From NCBI RefSeq assembly GCF_964204865.1, contig NC_135257.1:22072001-22136000 (forward strand): 64,000 bases of DNA. Direction: 5' to 3'. The DNA is from Styela clava. Its lineage: Eukaryota. Made by a program: the position numbers and the translations under genes. Position 1 is the first letter of the stretch. Each line of letters begins with the position of its first letter. Shown here in pieces: positions 1 to 12,512 of this stretch. The notes under the pieces are model-generated. The model did no database searches and was not told the DNA's origin. It saw nothing but the letters and a program-made list of their open reading frames with translations.

Positions 1-489
1 TGTCTGATTCCAACACTTCATTTAATTTCGTGCCCATGGGAATTGTGATGACACTGATCTTTCATGCGCACTTGAACGCAAAACTTATTTTTCAGATACT
101 GCTGAATAACATAGAGCAGTGTTGCACTGATCCCGTATTTTTCGTAAACTTCTCTTCTGTTTCCTGATTTCAATTCTTTCGTACAAGACGTCAAAAACAA
201 GCAATGACGAAACCCAGAAAATGTATCGGCAGCTTCATTTATTGATGTTTTTGCTAGATTTTTCATTTTTCCTAATATGTATCTTAACGTTTCAGGTTTT
301 ATGGTTTACCATGCTATGTCTTCAGATTCATATTTAGGAATGTATTCACGAGTGGTCTCTCCACTTACAGATGTATTTATATTTCTTGTTCCGCTTGCTT
401 TTCTCGGGTCACTTTTTTAATTCCAGGTGAATCTCTTTTTTTTATGAACATAAAATAAAAGAACACAGTTTTTTTCCATAATTCGTTTA

Positions 490-3400
490 TCCTCTTTTAT
501 TGATTGGACAGATACTTTGGAATCGTCCTAGATGACAGCTACGTCGACGTCAGGAAAAAGAGAATAAGAAACGTAATGTCCGGAATTAGCTTCATCTCCC
601 AAATGCACTATAACACTGCAAAGTTGGTAAAAAGCAAATGTCTTTGTGGAAGTATCATATACTATCAGTTTGTCCTCAATAAGTACTTGCTGAAGGGATT
701 TGTTGGTGTCGACGTTGCGTACTACGTTTAGCACCAATAAAGAAGGACAACTAAACAATGAAAGATGAGACATTTCTGATGATTGAATACAAGTGCACGA
801 TCGTGTTTGCTGTTTCATGTGTTGTTCCATATAGCTGCTAATTGAAAATAAGTTTCAATGTTGAATTGAAAAAGTGAGACAGTTGGTACCTACAGGATCA
901 GTGATTTTACACATACACTCACAACATGCTGTCTCACAAGGAGTATATAATTCCATCATATTTCAGAAATTGTTTCCAAGTAATCCCATCACATATTCGC
1001 CCACTTCCTCTTGATCTCCAACTGCCCACCCATGTTCAGCACAAATTTGTGTGATAGCCATTGGAATTGCTTCGTTACCAACATTTCCATATCGCTGTAC
1101 AGACAGCAATATTTTCAGTGTGTTTGGCAAACTCGGTAAGTCATGATGTTTCACATAAAACTGTCTTTCGGAAGTGATTTCGTGTTTAAATGATTTTATA
1201 CCCGCGACAAAACTTTGTATAACTGAATTAAACCAACAATTGTTCCATTTGTTCAACAACCCAATGCTGATGTTGCTTTCAACGAGAGTTGTAGCAGCAA
1301 TTGCAACTCGTCTGACTGCGGAAACGAAATCAGTGAAAAGCCGATGTAGATCACAATAACGAAAACTTCCTATCAAATCTTCCGTGTGCGCTATTGGCAG
1401 TTCAAAATTACAACAAATCAGGTCAACAGCAAGACAAACGCAACTACCACAACTATCCAGGTCTTTTTGTTCAATTAAGCAATGGGTTATAAAGTTAATG
1501 TCCGTATCTTTCGCAATTGTTGTCTTTAAAAATGGTATGAAATATTGGTGAATTCTACTGATCAGATTTGGATTCGCTATCTTTTTGGAGTCTAATAAAG
1601 TAAGACTATTTGTTAAGTTGCAAAAATACAGAATAGTGAAGTGATGATCGCAGAGTACAGGAAATATAAAAAGACCTTGAAAATCGTTTACATTCCAATG
1701 AAATGTACCGTCCATTGCACTTGAATGGATTTGTAAATGTTTTTCCGGATAAAACTTCGTACGACAAAATGGTATCACTGCAAGCAAATAGATCGGTGTT
1801 TCTATTTCTGTTTTCTATAGACACAGTGAGATGAGTAAAACAATTTACAACATTTTCAGTTAACCATCCTGGATTATACGAAATTCCTGTTTTTAACAAA
1901 CTCGATGTTCTTGATGCTTTTTGCACTTCATTTGTTGCAGCCGAATAAGACCGGGGACAAATGGAGTAAACGTCTAGCCAATATATTGTTGCATCTGATG
2001 ATAATATAAATGCTTTTGTGTATAAATCCGTTTCAGAAAATATATTATGCCACAATATTTCCGAAAATCTTCTAATAACTGTCAAATTCACGTTCCACCG
2101 AGGTGTATGTGACGTAATTGATGGTATAATGAGCCCAGATACGTTTATTTTAGTAGGCACGGCTGACTGGTACAATTCTCGATCATTGAATACCTCCCCG
2201 ACATTTGGCACATTTCTGATGTCAAAGGTCGAAATAGCGATTTCCCCTTCTGGAAAACTGCTAGTTTTGTTATCAGAAGAAACTTTAGTGAGAGAGATAC
2301 AATAATCATGATCGGCTGAAATATTGGATATTTGTCGTTCCAGTGAATAGGAGTCGGCTAATTTTTCATGTACGTCATGACTGGCTGTACTATTTTTAGT
2401 GTTGTAGTTTTTAAGTTTTTATTTGAAGAATTGAGGTACCTTTGTCTCGTCGTTTTCTTTTTTTGAATTTCACCATAGATGTCTCTGGCGGTTCAGGTCT
2501 ATTGGGGTTTAATACAGGCATTATCTTCTTTCTTGTTTTTGGCAATTCGATTGTATCCTTCGTGCGTGAGAATATCTTGAAACTGTTTTTCTAAAAGTTG
2601 CAACGCTTGTTAGTATAGATGAACGAAATGATCAATACCAGACGCGCTTTGGTTATTTAGAATGATATGCTTCAAATACCAGAAATGCTGTTCAATGCAA
2701 CTCTGAGTTCTGGTATTACATGAAATGTCCTGAACGGAAAGTTTTCTCGAAACTTAGGAATGCGGTGGCATGGCGCGACAGATCACCTAACATAAGCTTG
2801 GAAGTTGCTTATATCCAACTAAAAATCACTTGTACAATTTTATGGCAGAATTTTTCATCCTAATAATAATTTCCAGCATCTGTTTTTTTAACAAATTCAT
2901 GTTCTTTGTAAGTATTTGACTGACGGGAATTGGTAGTCAATTTGAAGTATGGTTGGAAGTCATCCGACTTACTTGAAATAAAAAATTCATCTTCATCTTG
3001 TACCAAATCATCTTCATCCATGTCCGCATTTGAGAGAAAGTTTTGTTTGTGTCCCCTTTGCCCAAGTTGTCATCGACTAAAGAAGATGTCCTTCGACAAT
3101 TTGTTATTATAACAAAGCTCTTGAGCTCTTGAACATTTCATCAACTTCTGGCAATGTTTCGCAATTAAAAAACCCACTTATTCACTTCATGACGGTACTG
3201 TTAATAATCTTCGTATGTTTTGAGCACATTATTTTTGCGGCTTTCATTGCGTGACTGTAACAGTTCTGCACTATTGTTAGGTTTAAATCCCGTTCATTCG
3301 AATAGCCACAAACAATACGAAAACAGCGAATATAATATTGGAGCCTCGATTCATTACTGAAGCACTTCAGTACACTATTCCACATAGCCTTCGAACCATC

Positions 3401-4080
3401 TATCATAATTTGGAATGGACGAACTCTGGTTTTACGAATTTGTAGTTGAAGTGCGAGGAATTCCTGAAGAATAATGCTAATGTTGAGAACTCTATGCCGG
3501 GTGGTAAGATTTACTGCAACAGGCAAAGAAATGTTTCCACGGTACGGATTCCTCACCAACAGCGTTTGAGGTTGGAAATCAGGAAGCCCCGCACTTCGCT
3601 TCATTATTTCCCCAGTAGAGTCGAAATATATGATATCCTGTTGACAAAATGTATTGTTCTAATTGATTTTGATTAATTATTCTGACATGGAGGTGGAGCA
3701 TGGATGTGCCGCGGATATATGGTATTTTCTCCAGTTTTGACATTTTTTCCAAGTTGACAATTGGGAATTCCGTTTTTCTGAAATCCTGTTTTTAGCTCTC
3801 GATTTTTCTTAATACAGCACGCGATGATGAAAAAGTATGTGATTCATAATGCTTTTGCGAAGAACTCAATGACTCATAATTTTGTATTGATGGCAATATG
3901 TAATGTATCTGTGATTCATGATGAGACCAATATATCATATTTGAAAAAAAAATTTCATACGTACGATCTATTTAGTACTAGTCGTGTACGTAATTTGTTC
4001 ACTTATTCAATTTATTTCAACTCCATCGAAAAATAAATTAGTGGCCAACGAGTCAGATCACAAAGCGACTTTTGCAACTT
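490..4080 (-). mobile_element. Decayed Mutator-superfamily (NOF-like) DNA transposon with Ulp1-like (C48) and USP-like (C19) peptidase domains, copy 1
   Basis: Transposase motifs in order: FDSTG (D at 3620-3622), PVAVNLTTRH, IMIDGSKAMWNSV (D at 3398-3400), CYSH (~3251-3262), TQSCIEQHFWYLKHIIL (E at 2691-2693). Then a Ulp1-like WLTENVVN...HHFTILY...LLDS...EQKDLDSCG. Then a USP Cys box GLLNKWNNCWFNSVIQS, QEEVGEY, and His box YQLCSVIVHLGDEANSGHYVSY. Several stops and frameshifts; no TIRs seen. Confidence 0.75.
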
Positions 4081-4084
4081 ATTT

Positions 4085-5095
4085 TCAAGTGTCTTTCTTT
4101 CTGCCCCATCCCCATCCTTTCTATTTTTGTCCCACTGTTCTATCCCCCTCAGCTTTTCTGTCTTCGACTCACTGCGCTATCTCCTTCGTCTCTGTATTTG
4201 ACTCACTGCTCTATCTCCTTTATTCTTCCTATTTTTGACCTACTGCCCTATCTCTCTCAGCCCACCTATCCTCGACCGATTTCCCTATCACCCTCAAATT
4301 CTCGACTCACCGCCCTGTCTCCCTCAGTTTTCTCATTCTCGACCCACTGCCCTATGTCCATACGCTTTCCTACCTTCTACCTACTGCCCTGTCTTGTTCT
4401 GCTTGTTATTCTCGACCGACTGCTCTTTCTCTCTTAGCCTTATTATCCTCGACCCACTACCCTATATTCTTAAATCTTCTATATTTGCTTTATATTCCTG
4501 ACCTACTGCTCTAAGCTTTCCATCTTCTGCCCACTGCCCTATCTTCTTCAGCCTTCCTGTACTCGACGCACTGCCCTATCTATCTCGGCCTTCCTATTCT
4601 AGACCTATTACCCTATCTCCCACAGTCTTTTTCTCCTCAACCCACTGCCATATCTCTCTCAGCTTTTCTGTTCTCGATGCACTGCCCTATCACCCTCAGT
4701 TTTCTTATTATCGACTCACTGCCCTATTCTCCCAAGCATTCCTATTTTTGAACAACTACTCTATCCTCCCCAGCATTCCTATTTTCGACTAACTGCCCTA
4801 TCCCCCTCAGCCTTCCTGTTTTCGATCCACTGCCCTATTCCCCTCCGCGTCCATATTTTCAACCCACTGCCCTATCTCCCTCAGCCTTCATACCTTTGAT
4901 CCACTGCTCGATCTTTCCCAACCCATCTTATTGTGATACTGGTCTTCAGCCTTCATATTCTCGACCCACTGCCCTATCTCCCCCAGACTTCCTATTTTCG
5001 ATCTACTTCCTATCTCCCTTTTCCTTGCCTCATCGCCCTATCTTTCCCAGCCTTTCTATCTTCGACCAACTGTCCCATCAGCTACTTTCCTCTCT
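4085..5095. repeat. Pyrimidine-rich 37-bp minisatellite (consensus ~CTCGACCCACTGCCCTATCTCCCTCAGCCTTCCTATT)
   Basis: Recurrent TCGACCCACTGCCCTATC; successive TCGA starts at 4785 and 4822 give a 37-bp period; roughly 25 or more degenerate units. Confidence 0.9.
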
Positions 5096-5401
5096 TTATC
5101 AAATCCTTCCAAGCATACTTCCAGGTTTTATACGGGGTGAATCTGTCAACGATATGAATGAAGCGTACGCCGAAGAAGTACGTCAACAAGGTTGACTGCA
5201 TTGGTAAGATATTATTATGTGCATGATGCAAATAGCTCTGGTGACAAAATGTTCAAAATTGTAGAATTGCGTCTTATTTACATCATCAATTGTAAAGCTG
5301 TTTATTGTAGGTCTATTGCCTTGAATCTCAAATAGAAATCGACCACCATAATTGGCAGTTTAAAAAAGTACTACTTTTACCTTGATCATCGCAGCTGTAT
5401 C

Positions 5402-7456
5402 CAGGGATGGCCATTTCCGAATACTAAACTATTTCGAATACATTCTAAAATAATGTTTTCGAATCTGGAATTCCGAATACATTCTAAAATCGAAAATAAC
5501 ACATTTTTGTTTTCGTTTATTAAAACCCAGTAAATTAGGAAATAAGCTTCAATAGAAATATCAGAATAAAGCCACAAACCAACAGTATATGTACACAAAG
5601 TAAATGATAGTTTATAGCTATCAATAAAAAATAACAGCAACTTGTGACACAGTCAGTTTATTAAAATTATTCACTTTGTACAAATGACCATATGAAAAGT
5701 TGCCAAGGAGTTGTCTGACGCTTTCTATCATTGGTACCATGATATTACGATAATAGTCAAGTCTATGGACAAAAATACTACTTGTAATCAGATAATTGTG
5801 TATATTTTCTGAGAGTGATAAAATTTATTGGAAATACAGGCAACTGAAACAAGCAACAACAATCGAAAATCAGTTATGCCTTTACAAATTCTAATATTTG
5901 AGCCTAGAGTTTTCCAATACCTACCAGTATATTTGTATATTAATTTATGTGAATCATATTGTTATTATGTGTAACATATTGTTGTGTTTGAAATTAGAAA
6001 TAAATTAGTAGAGGATAGCGCGCAGCCAGGATTTTCGAAATCGGAAATTCCCATTGCCGCCTGTAACACCGACCGCGATTCCTCGCTCGTTAAAAGAGCC
6101 GTCTTTTCAGCGTATAATGATCATCCTGTTACGTAAAATATTCAATACGTGACAACTACGAGATTCTAAAATATCTTTATTTAATTTATTGTGTCCAACG
6201 TAACTCGTGGTTGCTTATTCTTACGTCAAAAAAACATCACTATTCGGTCCACGGCGATCTGTGACCTAAAAGTACGAGATAAACTGCCTGATGTATTTAA
6301 TTTTAATACGTATTTTTGCAATCTTGCCAACTCGTTATCGCCGTTAGAAAAATCTCAAATAATGATATAAAATCCTGTTAAGTGTAGAGTATAATTCATT
6401 TCATACAATGAATATACATATAAAGTTTAGCAGTAAATTAAAAATACATATTCATCGCCGCGATTATGCCATTTTACAACTTTTACAACAATTAATATAA
6501 CAACGAATATATATTTTTCTGTTGTGCAAAGTGATGAATTCGTGACCGACACGGCATATTTAAAATGTCTTGCTTTATTAATTTGATTGTCCTCAATTTA
6601 ACCTGCGGTTGCGTCGACAAAATAAAATCCCCACCACTCTTATGTACCATTGCAATCCGCGGTCATAAAAATAAAAACGTGTGGTAAACTGCCCGATTAA
6701 ATAATGTTTTGATCCGTATTTTGCGAATTCGGCAAATAACACTCGGCAGTTAACAGTGACTCCGCTCAATCGAAAAGCTGTCACTCTGATTATTTTTAGA
6801 TAAAACCGTTCGAAAAATCCATAAATCTGCTGTAACATCTCAGAGTAAAATTTAGTTCATCACAATAAAATTGATTGAATATACTTTAGATTGATTATAT
6901 TATATATCGATACATCCTCACAACCTGGGAAAAAGTCGCGTTTCAAACCTTGTATCATGTTAAAACGAAACACGAAATTTTGCGGTTTTCACTGCCTAGA
7001 AGAGCGTTTTTTAAATTTTCGCGGCCTTCAATAAAACTTATATTGTTCACGGCTTTATTTTCAGTATTTTAAATTGCCGCTTTTCAATCAAAAAGTTGCG
7101 TTGTCTTTAGAAACTCGCCGCTGATGAACGTATTCACCAGATTCCAATTCTGTGCGCGTACAAAAATAAAAAAATTGTCATAGTTATCGTGGAACAAATT
7201 TGTGGAAAAATTTCGTTTTAGAGAAAATAACACAAACGTAAAGGCGTTTACAGCCTAAATAACACGTTACGCTGATGAGTGATGAAAACAATCACGCGCA
7301 AGTTTTTAACGAGAATGTTTTCATTCAACGGAAACGTCTTGAAAGCGGCGTCGAAAATGTGTGACGTCACACAAATATCCGATATTCTTATGAACGCTAA
7401 TTCCGATATTCGAATAACGAGATATTCGAATACTTTATTCGAATTGGCCATCCCTG
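5402..7456. mobile_element. Non-autonomous hAT element (2055 bp)
   Basis: TIRs CAGGGATGGCCA / TGGCCATCCCTG; perfect 8-bp TSD GCTGTATC (5394-5401, 7457-7464); subterminal TTCGAATA repeats; empty site in the duplicated unit at 21278-21285. Confidence 0.92.
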
Positions 7457-9184
7457 GCTGTATCTATCTCTCGTCTCCAGAATGTGCAGACGCTGGGGGT
7501 AAAAAAAAACGCTTGAGGAATTATAAAAAAAACGTTGACGTATGTCTTAACTGTACCTCGCGGTGTCGGTAAGACTATTTTATTTGTTGTCTGCGTGTTG
7601 GGCACGCGCTCTTTAGCGACATCTCGCGGAATACTCTAGCACGCGCTTTTATTGAGCCATGAGTGGGGATAATAACAAATTCAAAAAAGACCTTGCAAAA
7701 TAGCCTCACGATACTCGACAGACACGCACACTCCTATAGCGTATATATATATTCGAATAGCCAATAACCAAACCTTAGGATCAAGCACCTACCCAGTCAT
7801 CGACAAAAGATTCCGTAACGACCGAGTCATGTGGAGTGCGCAAAGTAGATTAAGTGTGCAACAATCTTCCCATACACAACCGTTCTCTTTATTGTAGTGA
7901 CAAATGAACCATGATGTAACAGCAAAATGTTCTGAAATCTTCTCGTTGTGTGAATGAAGTGTCTTGGTTGGCTACTGATGTAAGCTAACTTGTGGGAAAG
8001 TCAAATATTCGTAGCGGATTGGTCTAATCGACGCCTTGTAAAGATGATTGATGTTAAGTCAGTGTTTCTGGCGAAGGTATTAAACTTGAAAACGTAGCAA
8101 TTACAAGACTTTTTCTAAACACAAATCACTTTGTTTGTAATCCGTTAGTAGACAATTTTCACACATGCTTTGAATACGGATCTAAGACACGCTCTCATAT
8201 TTGCGAAGGTAATTTACGTGGAAACTATGCTGGAATATGTCACACCCTGGAGGGACTGTGCAAAGCCTCAACATGTTCAACTCAAGACATCATCATATTT
8301 AGTACCGACGATTTAATGAATATGCCATTGATTCTGGAATGAGAGTATGAATCGTTACCATCGACTACTGCGAATCGATAATCGATGCGATTGCTCACTA
8401 TTTTGAAAAATTAAAAATTTGGACGCTCATGAAAAAATGTATAACAAAGCTCATTTAAGTGATTTGCATTCTTCATTTGCTTCAATACGTTACTCTTAGT
8501 ATATCGGTCTACTAAGACTACTAGTCATACAAATGATTTGAGCTGAGTCTCGCATGGGCGCACTAATTATTTACTCATCGATAGCAAGCGATAATATCCT
8601 GTCATAAGTTTCCTCTTGTGACGATGAATCAAAAACTTCCATACAAGTATTAAATAAGTATTGAACACAATTCCATTTTTCCAATCATCGTGAAAAGAGA
8701 CGTTTTCAGCTGTATTATCACGTGATAAGTTATCTCAATCCAATGTCTGAACTACTCCCTGCTCAATGCATTGACCCATATCCCTCAGCGTTTTCTATCC
8801 TACTTGCTCAACCTGATTTTTTTAAAAACAGACATGAAAACAGCAAAATGTATGTCACACGAAAGCTAAATTTATATCGAGTTCATGAGGCAAGTTCGTA
8901 AAAAATTATTTCCGAACTTTGACATTACGCAAATTAAGAATTAAAACCTTTAAATTTGTCATCTCGACCTTCAGTATTCAAAAAAGTTGATTGACAAAGA
9001 CAAACAAAACTAGCAGATAAATGACTCTTTAGTGTTTGAATTTTGAATCTAAATCTTAATAAATTTTATACAACAATTTAATCTAAGTAAAACATCAATC
9101 CTATAAACTTAAAATTAGAATCAAAGATTTATGTTTTACTGATGAAATATCCAGAGGAACAAAATAATCCAGCCAGACGTTTCA

Positions 9185-12100
9185 TTATATCAGGATCTCA
9201 CAAATAACTCCATCTACCTTCCAGGTAGGCGCACCATTCTCCATTGCTTGATATCTCAAATCGAAATTAGCATAAATATAAACATTTGTGAAATGTTTAC
9301 GATTGATTCCAATGTGCGGGAAGCCTGAACCCCATTTGATGAATGAATCTGCAGGTGTGACGTCACGGGTCTGAGAAGAATGATTGGATGAGGATTATCA
9401 TTGAATTACGCTTAATTAACTGTAACTCTCACATGCTGTGAGGTAAATCTCAATGTTCGGACTGTAAGGAATTGGCTTCTCTGAAACTATACATTTATTA
9501 TAAATTTATCTATGAATGAAATATATGTATGCATTGGAGTATGAGCGTTTAAAAAGCACGGTAATTACCGCAGTGTTCCTCCGTAACTGATTTGATAGAT
9601 AAAGACCACACTTGCCTGCCTGCACCAGAGAACAATTAGGCATATTCCTAATTTAATTGTCTCACAAATACCTGTCGTTGCATTGGATCTGGGCATGCCC
9701 ACACTTCACCAGCTCAATAACAGATCCTTATGTTTACGAGTTTAAGTTAAATAAAACATTCATAGAACACTAACCATTGGATCAAAGCGAATTCCTGTCC
9801 ATATATTAATCCACGGCAAATCGTTTATTGCCAAATATTTTACAATCGCATTGTAAGATTCTTCATTTCGGATCAAACCAACATCCGCGTTACGTTTTTT
9901 ACAAACATCAACTGCTGTGTCGTAGTCAACTTTTTGCAACACGAAAATATAACAGATCTTTCCAACCTTCAATTCGCAGTTTTCTGAAGTGTAAATGATA
10001 GTATTACAATTTTTGAGTCCGCGTAGAACCTGGTGACTTTTATTATCACTATCTGGAGGTTTGAAAGCATAAAATTACAAAATTGGGGATTTGAAATTTT
10101 TTTCTTAAAGTAGGCCTTAAATTGTGGATTTGAAAGTTCTGACACCAACTTCGATAGTTTAGACTTGCCAAACCAGTGGAAACATGTCAAATGTCGACTC
10201 TATATACGTAGGCCTGAGCATGGAAACTTACCTGAGGAAGGGGTCGGTTTCAATGTTGTTTGAATCGTTGTCGTCAGTCTCTGTTGGTTTCCAGATTGAA
10301 CCTGTTGAGGTTTCTCCATTGCAGAAAGTTTTAGTTCAATCCGCTCCATTGCTGAACAGAAGAATATACATAGGTCAGCGTCTATTTTCAGCATTACCAA
10401 AAACAAAATGTTGTCAGTGGCAGAATGGCCAATTTGGTTTTAGTTGAACATGTAGCCAACTTGACGGAAATAGCATAAGTCTTTAGATTCTATCTATAAT
10501 AACTTTCAAGTACAGTACCTAACATGACTCAGATCTAAAGAACCTATAATGCTTGCTAGCCTCATATTTAAACTCAGTTATCGTCGAAAGGTTCTCTGTT
10601 ACACCAAGTTTTTGTTCCATTCTGGATATTACTGAATATAACAATATTTAGATTAATGTAGGACATATTTGCTGTGCTTAAATACAAACCCAATGTTTCA
10701 TTCCAATGTCAGAGGATTCTTGCTTGTAATTTTATAATTTAATTTATTTTAAACTCAAACGGTTATTCGACGCCACGAAATGCTTCAAAAATATAAAGTT
10801 ACAGTTGCTACCTTTCTTCATCAAATTATTCGTTTTATTTTGTTCATTCAATTCTTTCTCCAGCTTATCATTTCTTTCTTGAAATTTGATCAATTCTAAC
10901 AAAATGAAATGATTTGTCAAAAAATTGGCAATAATATGGAAAAACTTCATCGATACCACATGGTCACATTCCACATGTCAGAGATGTAATAACGCATCAT
11001 GTATATGAAAAGTATAAAGTTTATGTCATATCCTGGCTGGTCTATCGCAGTTTGTTTGGGACTAACTTATGATTACTGGTACTACACTAAAATCCTCTGA
11101 GTGAAAAAGTGTCTGATTGTAACAAAACGTTTCAGAACGAACTTGTTTCTGCATTTTGGTAAACAAATTCTATACAGCACACTGACATATTCAAATAAGT
11201 ATTCAAAAAGTGATTGGCAATAGCAACAATTGTTACCCACTAAAATTTTCAAATCAATTGGTTGATTAGATAAATAAGAGTCGATTTTTACACAAAACAA
11301 GAAAAATGTAATATAGCAACAATACGTCCAATTTGTGCCCAATAAGCCACACTGAAGCTGCTTTTTAGAAAGAATCAATTCGGCACGACGTAGATCACAG
11401 GACTTAATGTCAAATATCAATTGCAGTAACATAACGTCACTGACCTTTCTTCAATTCATTGATCACAGAGTTTTGTTCTGTGTTTTCCTTCAGTAGAGTT
11501 TCAATTTGACGAGATTGGTGAAGAGCGTTATTGCGAATATCTTTTATTTCGTTTGATTGTTCCGCAATTTTTTTACGATGCTCTCGGATTTCTGGCAGAA
11601 AATATTATAGTTCCAGTTTTCTACACCAGCTTTTTCATCACTGATCTTTAAAATCTTCAATAAATATTCTATTAATCCTACAACTGATATTATTTATATT
11701 TGAATCCGTGTACATTAACATGGACGATGGTGACCATGTTTCGCATTAGATATTTCTTATTCAATTCGGTGTTCAGTCCAATCTCTTTTAGTCATGAATC
11801 GTGTACACTACGGATGTGTTGGGAGAAAATAAATACATTATAAAATGAACTGACCAGAATTTGCTCTAGCAAAGTGAGCTTTTGATTCTTCTAACTCTGA
11901 TCTGATTTTTCTTATATCTGCGCAGAAAAAGACAATAATAGGCAATAATTCAAAAAGCTCAATCGCGGCGACGGCTGAAATGCCAAGTGCTATTAAAACG
12001 ATATGTCATAATGGCAGCTAATAATGAAGGAAACTCATTTCTGAATGAAGTTATGGCGACCACTGAATGTCAGGAGACTGTATAGAATTATGATATTCAA

Positions 12101-12512
12101 AATAGAATGCCACTGTATGCTTTTGGTTAGCATAGATATGACTTAATAATATATAGTGAGCATAAAAGACAGTAAAAAAACTTAATCGATATGCTTCGCC
12201 GCCAACACCAACTCTGATAACCCACGTGATATTCAATCGTTCACACTTACCTAAAATATTTCTAGTTACGACAGGAAGCAAGTTGCCAGTATTTTTTGAT
12301 TCCGTGTCATTCATAGATTTGCACGTAATCGGAAACTCCTTATCATGCAGATGTTCATCAATGTTGAAACCTGGTCTGTCCCATCCTACTGCAACCAAAT
12401 CACATTGTGCAATCTGGCAACCCGGCTTGGGAGAGCAATGAAACATTGTTTCATCTTGGCACCAGGATGAAGCGATGACGTATATTAACATAAAGACGAT
12501 TGAGATTTTCAT
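9185..12512 (-). CDS. Secreted coiled-coil C-type-lectin-domain protein, copy 1 (7 exons, 356 aa)
   Basis: Exons assembled by hand with GT-AG sites: 12512-12251, 11917-11855, 11591-11445, 10895-10812, 10351-10232, 9983-9775, 9370-9185; total 1071 nt, open frame, TAA stop. Domains: signal peptide MKISIVFMLIYVIASSWC; Cys-rich HCSPKPGCQIAQC...ITC; heptad coiled coil; TTTIQTT linker; CTLD motifs C-ELKVGKI-CY, AVDVC, IWTG, WGSGFP, GVICE. Confidence 0.88.

Noticed and set aside
18-266. 82-aa minus-strand ORF
   Set aside because: It may be a further part of the Mutator element, but it has no diagnostic motif and context is cut by the window edge.
528-1787. Functional host USP or SENP gene
   Set aside because: Intronless, interrupted by stops and frameshifts, and contiguous with transposase motifs.
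4085-5095. CRISPR-like array
   Set aside because: The repeats are contiguous and degenerate with no unique spacers, there are no cas genes, and the context is eukaryotic.
4072-5195. Leu/Pro/Ser-rich ORFs here and at 20075-20892
   Set aside because: They are translation artefacts of the stop-poor 37-bp minisatellite.
11082-11432. 116-aa ORF (and the 119-aa twin at 27949-28308)
   Set aside because: It lies in lectin intron 3, has no recognisable motif, and its conservation is explained by the duplication.
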